A stretch of 64,000 nt of DNA from assembly GCA_022510565.1 (NCBI GenBank), contig JAFLTE010000011.1, positions 20,793-84,792 of the forward strand. The letters are read 5' to 3'. Source of the stretch: Lachnospiraceae bacterium. Lineage in GTDB: Bacteria > Bacillota > Clostridia > Lachnospirales > Lachnospiraceae. Shown piece after piece: positions 19,033-28,385 of the stretch (position 1 is the stretch's first letter; every line of letters starts with the position of its first letter). The notes below the pieces were generated by a model. That model made no database searches. It saw nothing but the letters and a program-made list of their open reading frames with translations, and had not been told where the DNA came from. The translations under genes and the position numbers were made by a program.

Positions 19033-19596
19033 ATGGATCACAAAGAAGAAATTCTAAAAGCCACAATTCAGGTTTTCAACGATAAAGGCTTGAAATTCAC
19101 CATGGATGACATCGCAGAGCTTTTACGAATCAGCAAGAAAACATTGTATAAGGTTTTTGATGATAAAGAGGCACTGTTTCTTGCCATGGTAGATTACATA
19201 TTTGATACAATCAAAGAAAGCGAGCGGGCGGTAGTTGAGGATGACAGCTTAAGCACTGTGGACAAAATACATAAGATTCTGGGCGTGCTGCCTGAGGGGT
19301 ATAAAGATGTGGATTTGCGTCAACTGTATCTTTTGAAAGATAAATACCCTAAGATTTACAAGCAGGTGGAGCTTCGACTGGAAACCGGCTGGGAGATTAC
19401 CATAGAACTTATTGAGCAGGGGATTGCCGAAGGATGTATTCAGCCGGTGAAGATTCCGATTCTGAAGATGATGCTGGAAGCATCGTTGGAGCAGTTTTTC
19501 CAGAGAGATATATTGGTACGAAATCAAATTTCCTATCAGGATGCCTTGGATGAGGTTGTAAATATTCTGATGGAGGGGATTAAGATTCATAAATAG
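19033..19596 (+). CDS. TetR/AcrR-family transcriptional regulator
   Basis: FTMDDIAELLRISKKTLYKVFDDKEALF HTH; GGAGGAGG RBS. Confidence 0.93.
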   Translation: MDHKEEILKATIQVFNDKGLKFTMDDIAELLRISKKTLYKVFDDKEALFLAMVDYIFDTIKESERAVVEDDSLSTVDKIHKILGVLPEGYKDVDLRQLYLLKDKYPKIYKQVELRLETGWEITIELIEQGIAEGCIQPVKIPILKMMLEASLEQFFQRDILVRNQISYQDALDEVVNILMEGIKIHK

Positions 19597-19609
19597 GAGG
19601 GGAACAGCT

Positions 19610-21088
19610 ATGAGTGAAAAATCTAAAGTTATTTTTGGCAACCCGATGACGGATGCCATCTACCGCAAAGCGGTGCAGTCCAAGCAGAAGTACATCAGGA
19701 AGTTCGGCGATGATTCGGGTGCAAATTATCCTGTCACTACCGAGAAAAACGCCCACATCGGGGATGCGCTCGGTGTTATGGACGTGCTGCTCGGGGAAGA
19801 TGCGGACGGGAACGGCGACGGCAATGCTTTCGATGCCGAGAAAGGGATTATCGTAGGCAATATTCGTATGGGGTTCGGACATTACAGAATCTCCATGGCA
19901 ATCGCATCTGCGGCGAAATCCAAGGGATATATACCATACTGGATGGACTTGAATTCCTATCGTCACACAACCTGCACGAAGGTAATCAGCGCACAGAATG
20001 ATCTCTATTCGCTTGGTTCCAGACTGTCCGGTAAGAGTAGGCTTTTTAATAAATTCGTGTGGGAGCCCATGAACTATGAGGGATTCCGCAAATTGAGTTA
20101 CAATGCCTCCGACCAGAAGAATGCGGAACTTATGGCGGCGGTGTATCGGAACGTACCGAAGGAGATTCCGGTGGTGGCGACACATGTGTGGCCGGCACAG
20201 GCAGCGATCCATGCGGGTATGAAGCACGTAGTCAATGCCATTCCGGACAACTGGCCTATGGCATTGCATTTATCCGAGGGCAGTCTGCATACGATTCAGA
20301 CCCACTACGCTTATCAGGGCTACCGCATCTTAAACGGTATGCAGGGCAAGGATGTTCTGGAGCCCATGCCGGATTCGGATTTGGTATACACGGGGCACTA
20401 TATCGACCATGAGCTGGTAAGCAACATTGAGAAGGATTGTGAGAACAGAATCAAGCGTCAGGAAGAGGGCAAACCGTTCCGATTCCTCCTGACCATCGGA
20501 GGTGCGGGAGCGCAGAAAGAAATTTTTGCCGCAATCATCAAATATCTGCTTCCGCTTATCCACAAAGATAAAGCGGCTCTCTATGTCAATGTGGGCGACT
20601 ACCGCAATGTATGGGAGGAACTGGTAAGAGAGATTCCGGGCTTAAGTCAGGTATCCACGGAGCATTTCAATAAATGGGATGAGACGGAGAAGTTCGCCGA
20701 GGATGCACTGACAGGAGATGTGAACGGTGTGCATGCATTCTGGCATGAAAATATATTCGAGGCGGTATACTGCACCAATCTTTTAATGAGAAGCTGTGAT
20801 GTGTTGGTGACGAAACCCAGTGAACTGGCATTCTATCCGGTTCCGAAACTGTTTATCAAGCGTGTGGGCGGACACGAGCAGTGGGGCGCGATTCACTCCG
20901 CAGAGATAGGTGACGGTACATTGGAGTGCAGAGATATTCCCCACACCCTGCAAATGATTAAACTTTTTATCAAAGAAAAGAGTCTGCTGAAGGATATGTG
21001 TGAGAATATTATCAAGAATAAAGAGAACGGCATATATGACGGCGCATACAAAGTAGTTGAGCTTGCTATGGCAGGGAAGAATCAATAG
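19610..21088 (+). CDS. GT-B fold protein, MGDG-synthase/UgtP (GT28)-like
   Basis: MGFGH, VVATHVWP, LTIGGAG and LMRSCDVLVTKP motifs match GT28/MGDG synthase patterns. Confidence 0.65.
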   Translation: MSEKSKVIFGNPMTDAIYRKAVQSKQKYIRKFGDDSGANYPVTTEKNAHIGDALGVMDVLLGEDADGNGDGNAFDAEKGIIVGNIRMGFGHYRISMAIASAAKSKGYIPYWMDLNSYRHTTCTKVISAQNDLYSLGSRLSGKSRLFNKFVWEPMNYEGFRKLSYNASDQKNAELMAAVYRNVPKEIPVVATHVWPAQAAIHAGMKHVVNAIPDNWPMALHLSEGSLHTIQTHYAYQGYRILNGMQGKDVLEPMPDSDLVYTGHYIDHELVSNIEKDCENRIKRQEEGKPFRFLLTIGGAGAQKEIFAAIIKYLLPLIHKDKAALYVNVGDYRNVWEELVREIPGLSQVSTEHFNKWDETEKFAEDALTGDVNGVHAFWHENIFEAVYCTNLLMRSCDVLVTKPSELAFYPVPKLFIKRVGGHEQWGAIHSAEIGDGTLECRDIPHTLQMIKLFIKEKSLLKDMCENIIKNKENGIYDGAYKVVELAMAGKNQ

Positions 21089-21102
21089 AGGAGGTAATTC
21101 AT

Positions 21103-22476
21103 ATGAAACTGACGTTTAAGGAAAAAGCATCCTACGGTCTGGGTGCTGTAGGAAAAGACATGGTGTATATGCTTTCCGCAAGCTATATACTGTACTATTA
21201 TCAGGATATATTGGGAGTGAGCGCTGTGGCAATGGGTATCATCCTGATGGCGGCGCGTGTGTTTGATGCGTTCAATGACCCGATTATGGGTGTGCTGGTG
21301 GCTAAAACCAGAACCAAGTGGGGTAAATTTCGCCCGTGGCTTTTAATCGGAACAATCTTAAACGCGGTAATCCTGTTTGTTATGTTCTCGGCTCCGCCGG
21401 CATTAAACGGCAAAGGGCTGATTGCCTATGCGGCAGTCATATACATTGTTTGGGGTGTTACCTATACAATGATGGATATTCCTTACTGGTCCATGATTCC
21501 GGCTTTCACGGAAGGCGGTAAGGAGCGTGAGGGACTTACCACATTGGCGCGTTCCTGCGCAGGTGTGGGTTCTGCATTGATTACGATTATTACCATGAAA
21601 TGTGTGGTGGCGTTGGGGCAGGAGGATTATCGTGCCGGTTTTAGCAGATTTGCACTGATTATTGCGGTTCTTTTCGTTGTATTCATAGCCATTACCTGTA
21701 TTTGTATCAAAGAGAAGTCCACCGTGGATGTGGAAGCTCCGTCTGTGGGACAAATGTTCCGGGCACTGATTCAGAATGACCAGACAATGATAGTAGTAAT
21801 AGCGATTGTATTGATTAACTGTTCGTTATATATTACTTCAAATCTGCTGATTTACTTTTTCCAATACGATGTCGGAGGAGACAAATGGGTGGATAATTAT
21901 ACTCTCTTCAACACTTTCGGAGGTGGTATTCAGATTCTGTCCATGATGTTGTTCTATCCGGTGCTGCGTAAATTTATAAGTTCCCTGCAAGTGTTTTATG
22001 TCAGCTTTGTCATGGCGATTACGGGATATGCGGTGCTGTTTACGCTGATGTGTCTGGGACTTACCAATGTTTTCATTCTGTTCATTCCGGCATTTTTCGT
22101 GTTTGCCGCATTCGGTATGCTGACGGTGTTGACCACGGTGTTCCTCGCTAACACGGTAGATTACGGAGAATTGAAGAATAATCGGAGAGATGAGAGTGTA
22201 ATCTTCTCCATGCAGACCTTTGTGGTGAAACTTGCTTCGGGTGTGGCGGTGCTGATTGCATCAATCTGCCTGTCAATTGCCAACCTGAGTGATGATACAT
22301 CGGTGGCGGTTGTGGCTGAGGCAGCAGGCTCCTCCATCTTTATTCTCCGCATGACGATGACGGTGGTTCCGATTGCCGGATTACTGCTTGCGGTGTTCTT
22401 ATTCCACAGGAAATATATGCTCACAGAGCAGAAGGTGGAAGAGATTGCGGCGCAGATTAAGGAGAAACGGGGCTAA
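21103..22476 (+). CDS. melB: GPH-family (MelB-like) glycoside:cation symporter
   Basis: EKASYGLGAVGKD, DAFNDPIMG, TKWGKFRPW, DIPYWS and VDYGE motifs; about 12 hydrophobic segments. Confidence 0.88.
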   Translation: MKLTFKEKASYGLGAVGKDMVYMLSASYILYYYQDILGVSAVAMGIILMAARVFDAFNDPIMGVLVAKTRTKWGKFRPWLLIGTILNAVILFVMFSAPPALNGKGLIAYAAVIYIVWGVTYTMMDIPYWSMIPAFTEGGKEREGLTTLARSCAGVGSALITIITMKCVVALGQEDYRAGFSRFALIIAVLFVVFIAITCICIKEKSTVDVEAPSVGQMFRALIQNDQTMIVVIAIVLINCSLYITSNLLIYFFQYDVGGDKWVDNYTLFNTFGGGIQILSMMLFYPVLRKFISSLQVFYVSFVMAITGYAVLFTLMCLGLTNVFILFIPAFFVFAAFGMLTVLTTVFLANTVDYGELKNNRRDESVIFSMQTFVVKLASGVAVLIASICLSIANLSDDTSVAVVAEAAGSSIFILRMTMTVVPIAGLLLAVFLFHRKYMLTEQKVEEIAAQIKEKRG

Positions 22477-22479
22477 GCG

Positions 22480-24876
22480 ATGATTCAGAGATATAATCAG
22501 TGTTTTGTGTTAAATACAAATAATACAACTTATTGTTTTCGTGTGATGAAGACGGGCCATTTGGAGCATCTTTATTACGGCAGAAAAATTACGATTCGCA
22601 CTGACGAAGATGCGGAGTCGTTAATCGAGCGGCACGCTTTTATGCCGGGAAACACCAATGCGTACAATCAGGAGAATACGACTTTTTCTCTGGAGGATAT
22701 CAGATTGGAGATGTCCTCCTACGGCAAGGGAGATATCAGGGAGCCGTTTATTGAAGTGCTCCACGCAGACGGCAGCGCTACATCTGATTTTCTTTTTGAA
22801 AAAGCCGATATAGATAGTGGAAAAGAGGAGATGAAGACACTTCCCGCATCCTACGACGAAGAAAATGCGGTGGAGCATCTGTGCGTTACTCTGCGGGATT
22901 ATCAATACTCTCTTGCCTTGGAACTGCATTATTATGTGTATGAAGATTGTGATGTGATTACAAGAACTGCAAGATTCATTAACGTAAGTAATGAGGAAGT
23001 TAAGCTGACAAGGCTTATGAGTCTGCAGCTTGACTTTGATACACCTGAATATATATTCACCACCTTTACCGGAGCATGGGCGAGGGAGATGAAAAGAACC
23101 GACACTCGTGTCATATCTGGAAAGCACGTGAATGCGTCTTACACCGGGACTTCTTCCAATCGCGCCAATCCTTTTGTTATGCTGAGCAAGCGGGGGACAA
23201 CGGAGGATGCAGGGGATGCGTACGGCTTTAATCTGATTTACAGCGGCAATCATTACGAGGCTGCGGAAGTGAGCGGATATGGCAAGACAAGGATTGTTAC
23301 AGGCATCAATCCGCAGTCGTTTTGCTTCGTAGTCGGGGCGGGAGAAGACTTTGAAGCGCCTGAGGCGGTGATGAGCTATTCCCATGAGGGATATAATGGA
23401 ATGAGCCGCCATATGCACAAGTTTGTAAAGGAGCATATTGTGCGCGGCGAGTGGAAGAATAAGGTGCGTCCCGTGCTGTTAAACAGTTGGGAGGCGTCCT
23501 ATTTTGACATCAACGAGCGCAAACTTCTTCAACTGGCCAAGGCCGGTAAAGAGGTGGGCATTGAGCTTTTCGTGATGGATGACGGATGGTTTGGCACCAG
23601 AGACGACGATACACAGTCCTTGGGCGATTGGGAAGTGAACAGAAAGAAGCTGCCCGAGGGTGTGGAAGGTCTGGCACGCAAAGTGCGCGAAATTGGCTTG
23701 GAATTTGGCATCTGGGTAGAGCCTGAGATGGTAAATGTCAAAAGCAGACTGTATGAGAAGCACCCTGATTGGGTGTTGCAGATTCCGGAGAAGCCTCATG
23801 CCGAAGGAAGAAATCAGCGGATTCTGGATTTGACGAGAGAAGAAGTGCAGGATTATATTATAGATGAGATGAGTAAAATATTCGGCATTGAAGGTATTTC
23901 CTATGTGAAATGGGATATGAATCGTACCTTTACCGATTATTATTCAGGTGCCTTGTCTGCGGGGAAGCAGGGTGAGGTGGCCCACCGCTATGTGATGGGA
24001 TTGTACCGTTGTATGAAAGAGCTGACGAAACGGTTTCCTCATATTCTGTTTGAGGGATGCGCGGCGGGCGGCAATCGTTTTGACTTAGGAATCCTGTGTT
24101 ATTTCCCGCAGATTTGGGCGAGTGATGATACGGATGCGCTGTGTCGTACAGAAATTCAGACCGGATACAGCTATGGCTATCCGATGTCTGTTATCAGTGC
24201 CCATGTCTCCTCCTGTCCGAATCATCAGACGCTCAGAAACACGCCTTTGGAAACGCGCTTCCATGCTGCCTGCTTCGGAGTATGCGGTTATGAATGCAAT
24301 TTCTGTGATATGAAGAAAGAAGAACTGGATGCCGTCAAAATGCAGATTGAACTGTATAAGCAGTGGCGAGATGTGCTGCAGGCGGGAACATTCTACCGGG
24401 GAAGGACATTCGCGGACAGTGAGTATGGTGCGGGAAGCTGTCTTGGACGTGCCGAGGGAAATGTGACGGAGTGGACTTGTGTGTCCGCCGATGGTTCCAA
24501 AGCGGTGGGCTTTATTATGCAGAAAAACGTTGTTCCCAACACGCAGTATGAATGTTACAAGGCAAAGGGGCTTAACACGGAGAGAAAATATCATTTCTAT
24601 AACCGTGCCCTGAAATATGATGTGAGGGAGTTCGGGGATTTGGTCAATACAGTATCGCCTATTCATATCAAGCAGGATTCTCTGGTGCACAGAACTGTTG
24701 CCAAGTTCGTCAAAATGGATGGGGAGACGGAAGATTATCGTGTCTACGGCGATACGCTGATGTACGGCGGAGTCAGATTGAAACAAGCCTTCGCAGCCAC
24801 AGGCTACAGCGAAGAAGTAAGACATTTCCCGGATTTTGCATCTCGCATTTACTTTATGGAGGCCACGGAGGAATAA
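22480..24876 (+). CDS. alpha-galactosidase, GH36
   Basis: NSWEASYFD, FVMDDGWFG, FGIWVEPEMV, YVKWDMNR, CAAGGNRFD and WASDDTD motifs. Confidence 0.95.
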   Translation: MIQRYNQCFVLNTNNTTYCFRVMKTGHLEHLYYGRKITIRTDEDAESLIERHAFMPGNTNAYNQENTTFSLEDIRLEMSSYGKGDIREPFIEVLHADGSATSDFLFEKADIDSGKEEMKTLPASYDEENAVEHLCVTLRDYQYSLALELHYYVYEDCDVITRTARFINVSNEEVKLTRLMSLQLDFDTPEYIFTTFTGAWAREMKRTDTRVISGKHVNASYTGTSSNRANPFVMLSKRGTTEDAGDAYGFNLIYSGNHYEAAEVSGYGKTRIVTGINPQSFCFVVGAGEDFEAPEAVMSYSHEGYNGMSRHMHKFVKEHIVRGEWKNKVRPVLLNSWEASYFDINERKLLQLAKAGKEVGIELFVMDDGWFGTRDDDTQSLGDWEVNRKKLPEGVEGLARKVREIGLEFGIWVEPEMVNVKSRLYEKHPDWVLQIPEKPHAEGRNQRILDLTREEVQDYIIDEMSKIFGIEGISYVKWDMNRTFTDYYSGALSAGKQGEVAHRYVMGLYRCMKELTKRFPHILFEGCAAGGNRFDLGILCYFPQIWASDDTDALCRTEIQTGYSYGYPMSVISAHVSSCPNHQTLRNTPLETRFHAACFGVCGYECNFCDMKKEELDAVKMQIELYKQWRDVLQAGTFYRGRTFADSEYGAGSCLGRAEGNVTEWTCVSADGSKAVGFIMQKNVVPNTQYECYKAKGLNTERKYHFYNRALKYDVREFGDLVNTVSPIHIKQDSLVHRTVAKFVKMDGETEDYRVYGDTLMYGGVRLKQAFAATGYSEEVRHFPDFASRIYFMEATEE

Positions 24877-24878
24877 AC

Positions 24879-25757
24879 ATGAAACTTGGAGCGTTGGAAG
24901 CGGGCGGCACCAAGATGGTGTGTGCCATAGGAGATGAAACAGGCAGAATCTTTGAACAGGTGTCGATTCCCACGGAAACACCGGATATTACTGTGCCGAA
25001 GTTGACCCGGTACTTTAAAGAGCGTGGAATAGACGCTCTTGGAATCGGGTGTTTTGGGCCCATTGAATTGGATAAGTCCTCAACTATGTACGGCTGCATC
25101 ACTTCCACACCCAAGTTGGCATGGAGAAATTATAACATTGTAGAAGCTTTTGCCGAGGCTCTGCATTGCCCCATCGGTTTTGACACGGATGTCAACGGAT
25201 CGGTGCTAGGCGAAGTGACTTTTGGACAGGCTAGGGGCAAAGACTGCGTCATCTATCTTACCATCGGGACAGGAGTGGGCGGTGGTATATATATAGAAGG
25301 GAAATTGCTTCACGGTATGCTTCATCCTGAGACGGGACATGTGTTGATTCAGAAACGGGAATATGACAGCTATGGCGGCAAGTGTCCCTATCATAAGAAC
25401 TGTCTGGAAGGATTGGCGGCGGGCCCTGCCATCGAGGAACGATGGGGCAGGAAAGCGGCGGAGCTTGCGGACAGGACGGAAGTGTGGGAATTGGAAGCAG
25501 ACTACATCGCTCAGGCGCTTACGGGATACATTCTGACAATATCGCCGCAGATGATTATTTTAGGCGGTGGCGTTATGCACCAGGAACAGCTTTTTCCTTT
25601 AATCAGAGACAAAGTGACACAGATGTTGGGTGGTTATATTCAGGCAGACGCGCTGAAAGATATGGACAACTACATTGTACCCGCAAGCTTAAATGACAAT
25701 CAGGGGATCATGGGATGTCTGGAACTGGCTCGAAGAGAGTATGCCGCCGGGCAGTAA
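24879..25757 (+). CDS. scrK: ROK-family fructokinase
   Basis: LEAGGTKMVC, FGPI, TDVN, TIGTGVGGG and HPETGH...CPYHKNCLEGLAAGP motifs. Confidence 0.88.
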   Translation: MKLGALEAGGTKMVCAIGDETGRIFEQVSIPTETPDITVPKLTRYFKERGIDALGIGCFGPIELDKSSTMYGCITSTPKLAWRNYNIVEAFAEALHCPIGFDTDVNGSVLGEVTFGQARGKDCVIYLTIGTGVGGGIYIEGKLLHGMLHPETGHVLIQKREYDSYGGKCPYHKNCLEGLAAGPAIEERWGRKAAELADRTEVWELEADYIAQALTGYILTISPQMIILGGGVMHQEQLFPLIRDKVTQMLGGYIQADALKDMDNYIVPASLNDNQGIMGCLELARREYAAGQ

Positions 25758-25803
25758 AATTCATCGTGATTTTGCGAAAAATAATAAAAACTCATTTAAA
25801 CCC

Positions 25804-25830
25804 TAAAGTCTTTGGCGAAATAACCGATAC
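25804..25830 (+). promoter_or_regulatory. sigma-28 (FliA/SigD) promoter of the flgM operon
   Basis: TAAA(25804-25807)-N16-CCGATAC. Confidence 0.8.
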
Positions 25831-25870
25831 AAATAGTGTAAAGATTGATTTTGATGAAAGGAGAGTCTCT

Positions 25871-26152
25871 ATGCGTATAGAAGCTTACACACAGGTACAG
25901 CAGTTATATAAGGCAAAGAAACCCGCGAAAACGCAGGATACCGCAAAGACCGCAGCTTCCGACCGTATACAGATTTCCAGTATCGGCAAAGATATTCAGG
26001 TTGTTAAGAATGCAGTTGCTGCAGCGCCGGATATCAGGGAAGATTTAACGGCTCCCATCAAAGCAGGTATCGCAAACGGCACCTATCAGGTGAGCGGAGA
26101 GAGCTTTGCAGAGAAGCTGATGAAGAAATATGAGGAGATCGAAAGTCTGTAG
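25871..26152 (+). CDS. flgM: anti-sigma-28 factor FlgM
   Basis: DRIQISS...DIRED...IKAGIANGTYQVSGESFAEKL; first gene of the flg operon. Confidence 0.9.
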   Translation: MRIEAYTQVQQLYKAKKPAKTQDTAKTAASDRIQISSIGKDIQVVKNAVAAAPDIREDLTAPIKAGIANGTYQVSGESFAEKLMKKYEEIESL

Positions 26153-26176
26153 ACACAGTGAAGGAGAGATTTTGAC

Positions 26177-26695
26177 GTGGCAAGTTTAATGGAAGTCTTG
26201 ATCGACGTTTTGGAGAAAGAAAATCAGGAGTACGAACAGCTTCTGGCCTTGTCCCTGAAGAAAACTCCGGTCATTGTGTCTGAGGACTTAGATGAATTAT
26301 CAAAAATCACGGATGAAGAGCAGATCATAGTAAGCCGAATCAATCATCTGGATGCCCAGAGGACTGAAGCTATTAATGATATTGCGAATGTACTTAACAA
26401 GGATGTTGACCAACTAAAGATTGTAGATTTAATTAAAATGCTGGCGGCAAGACCGGAAGAACAGGAGAAACTGGCGGCTGTACATGACAGAATCCGGGAG
26501 AATGTACGGAATGTGAAGCGCATTAATGAGCAAAACCGCGAATTGATTGAGCAAGCGCTGGAACTTGTGCAGTTTAACATGAATGTTCTTCAGTCGGTAA
26601 ATAAGGCTCCCGAAACTGCGAATTACAATAAGGGTGCTTACAGTACCGGCGATGTGATCGGTATGAGCAATAAAGCTTTTGACGCCAAGCAGTAA
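26177..26695 (+). CDS. flgN: flagellar export chaperone FlgN
   Basis: Helical protein with NEQNRELI and a C-terminal FDAKQ; lies between flgM and flgK. Confidence 0.88.
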   Translation: MASLMEVLIDVLEKENQEYEQLLALSLKKTPVIVSEDLDELSKITDEEQIIVSRINHLDAQRTEAINDIANVLNKDVDQLKIVDLIKMLAARPEEQEKLAAVHDRIRENVRNVKRINEQNRELIEQALELVQFNMNVLQSVNKAPETANYNKGAYSTGDVIGMSNKAFDAKQ

Positions 26696-26715
26696 TTGTT
26701 GAGGACGGTAGAATT

Positions 26716-28365
26716 ATGTCATTAATGGGTAGCTTTTGGGTAGGCGTATCAGGCTTACAAACTTCTAATAATGCGCTGAATACTACGGCGCACAATATGT
26801 CTAATCTGGACACCACAGGATATACCAGACAGCAGGTTGCTCAGGGAACCAGAACGTATGCGACGCTCTATAAGGGCAGACCGAACTGGCAGCAAATCGG
26901 TCGTGGTGTCAATTATACCCTCACAAGACAGGAAAGAGATATATTTTTGGACAAAAACTATCGCCGCGAGTCGGGACGAAGTGCTTTTTATGATGTCTCC
27001 GCGACGGCGATGGAAGAAATAGAGTATATTCTGGGAGAGGCTCAGGGCGGAGGCTCTATTGAAGGACATGAGTTTTCCACGGCAATTGAGAATCTGTGGA
27101 CCGCAGTTCAGGAAATGAGCAAAGACCCTACCAGCTCGGTAAACCAGAATCTGTTCGTGACGCGTTCTTATGAATTTATCACGAAGGCCTCAGCAGTGTA
27201 TACAAGCTTGGCACAGTATCAGGACAACTTAAACCAAACAGTTGTCGCGGATGTCAATAAGCTCAACAGCTATGCACAGGAGATTGAAGATTTAAACAGA
27301 AGAATCGTGGCGATTGAAGCAGGACAGGAGCACGCTAACGATTTGCGTGACCGTCGTAATTACCTTCTGGACGAGATGGCGAAAATGGCAAACATTTCCT
27401 TTACGGAGGACATTACGGGATATGTGAGTGTAAGACTCGAAGATCAGGATTTCGTCAAGGGCGGTCTGGTTAACAAGATTGAGTTATATACTGACCCCAC
27501 TACCGGATTCTACACACCGTACTGGAAGATGCTGGCTAAACCCACCTATGATAAGGACGGCAACCGGATAGTGACGGAGGAAAGTATCGAAAGCGCACGC
27601 GTTTTCGATTTGACGAGAACGGTTTCTTCCGACCTTAATACGGATATCGGTTCCCTGAAAAGTACGCTTCTTGCCAGAGGCGATCACAGGGCGACTTATA
27701 GAGAGTTACAGAATATCAATAAAGACGGCAAATATGAAGCGGGTTGGTATGACCGTCATATCTCCCAGTCAGTCATTATGAATATACAGGCAGAGTTCGA
27801 CCAGCTGATTCATAACGTGGCAACCAAGATTAATGAGATTCTTGCATGGGAGGCGGACCGTGTAGACCCTACCGGCGAGGAAGGGTATTTGAGGGATGAG
27901 AACGGCAAGCCCCTTCAGTTGTTTACATTGCTCAACGAGTACGGTGACTGGACGGTGTCGAACATGACCGTCAATCAGACGCTCCGTCAGAATCCGTCAC
28001 TTTTGAAATTCCGTTTGTCGGAGCATTCCGAGGATAATCCTGCGATGGAGAGACTGAAGACTGCTTTTGAGGAGAAAATATACACCTTGAACCCCAACGT
28101 GCAGACACCTCTTTCATTCACGGATTATTATTCGAATCTGGTGTCACAGGTAGCCAACAGCGGCTCGGTTATGAGGGGTGTTCAGGCCACTCAGGAGGTA
28201 GCTACCGATGCACTCCTGAATGCGAGAGAGCAGATTGTGGGTGTTTCCTCCGACGAGGAGCTGACCAATATGATTAGATTCCAGAACGCATATAACGCAT
28301 CCAGCCGTTACATTAACGTAATCAGCGAGATGCTGGAACATATTCTGACCACACTCGGTCGATAA
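26716..28365 (+). CDS. flgK: flagellar hook-associated protein FlgK (copy 1)
   Basis: HNMSNLDTTGYTRQ, ANDLRDRRN and GVSSDEELTNMIRFQNAYNAS motifs. Confidence 0.93.
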   Translation: MSLMGSFWVGVSGLQTSNNALNTTAHNMSNLDTTGYTRQQVAQGTRTYATLYKGRPNWQQIGRGVNYTLTRQERDIFLDKNYRRESGRSAFYDVSATAMEEIEYILGEAQGGGSIEGHEFSTAIENLWTAVQEMSKDPTSSVNQNLFVTRSYEFITKASAVYTSLAQYQDNLNQTVVADVNKLNSYAQEIEDLNRRIVAIEAGQEHANDLRDRRNYLLDEMAKMANISFTEDITGYVSVRLEDQDFVKGGLVNKIELYTDPTTGFYTPYWKMLAKPTYDKDGNRIVTEESIESARVFDLTRTVSSDLNTDIGSLKSTLLARGDHRATYRELQNINKDGKYEAGWYDRHISQSVIMNIQAEFDQLIHNVATKINEILAWEADRVDPTGEEGYLRDENGKPLQLFTLLNEYGDWTVSNMTVNQTLRQNPSLLKFRLSEHSEDNPAMERLKTAFEEKIYTLNPNVQTPLSFTDYYSNLVSQVANSGSVMRGVQATQEVATDALLNAREQIVGVSSDEELTNMIRFQNAYNASSRYINVISEMLEHILTTLGR

Positions 28366-28385
28366 GCCGGAAGGAGTGAGAGATT

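Noticed and set aside
25715-25870. N-terminal extensions in the ORF track (e.g. FlgM from 25715, carboxyltransferase from 61452, lipoprotein from 11978)
   Set aside because: They run through promoters or lack an RBS; downstream ATGs with good SD sequences match family N-termini
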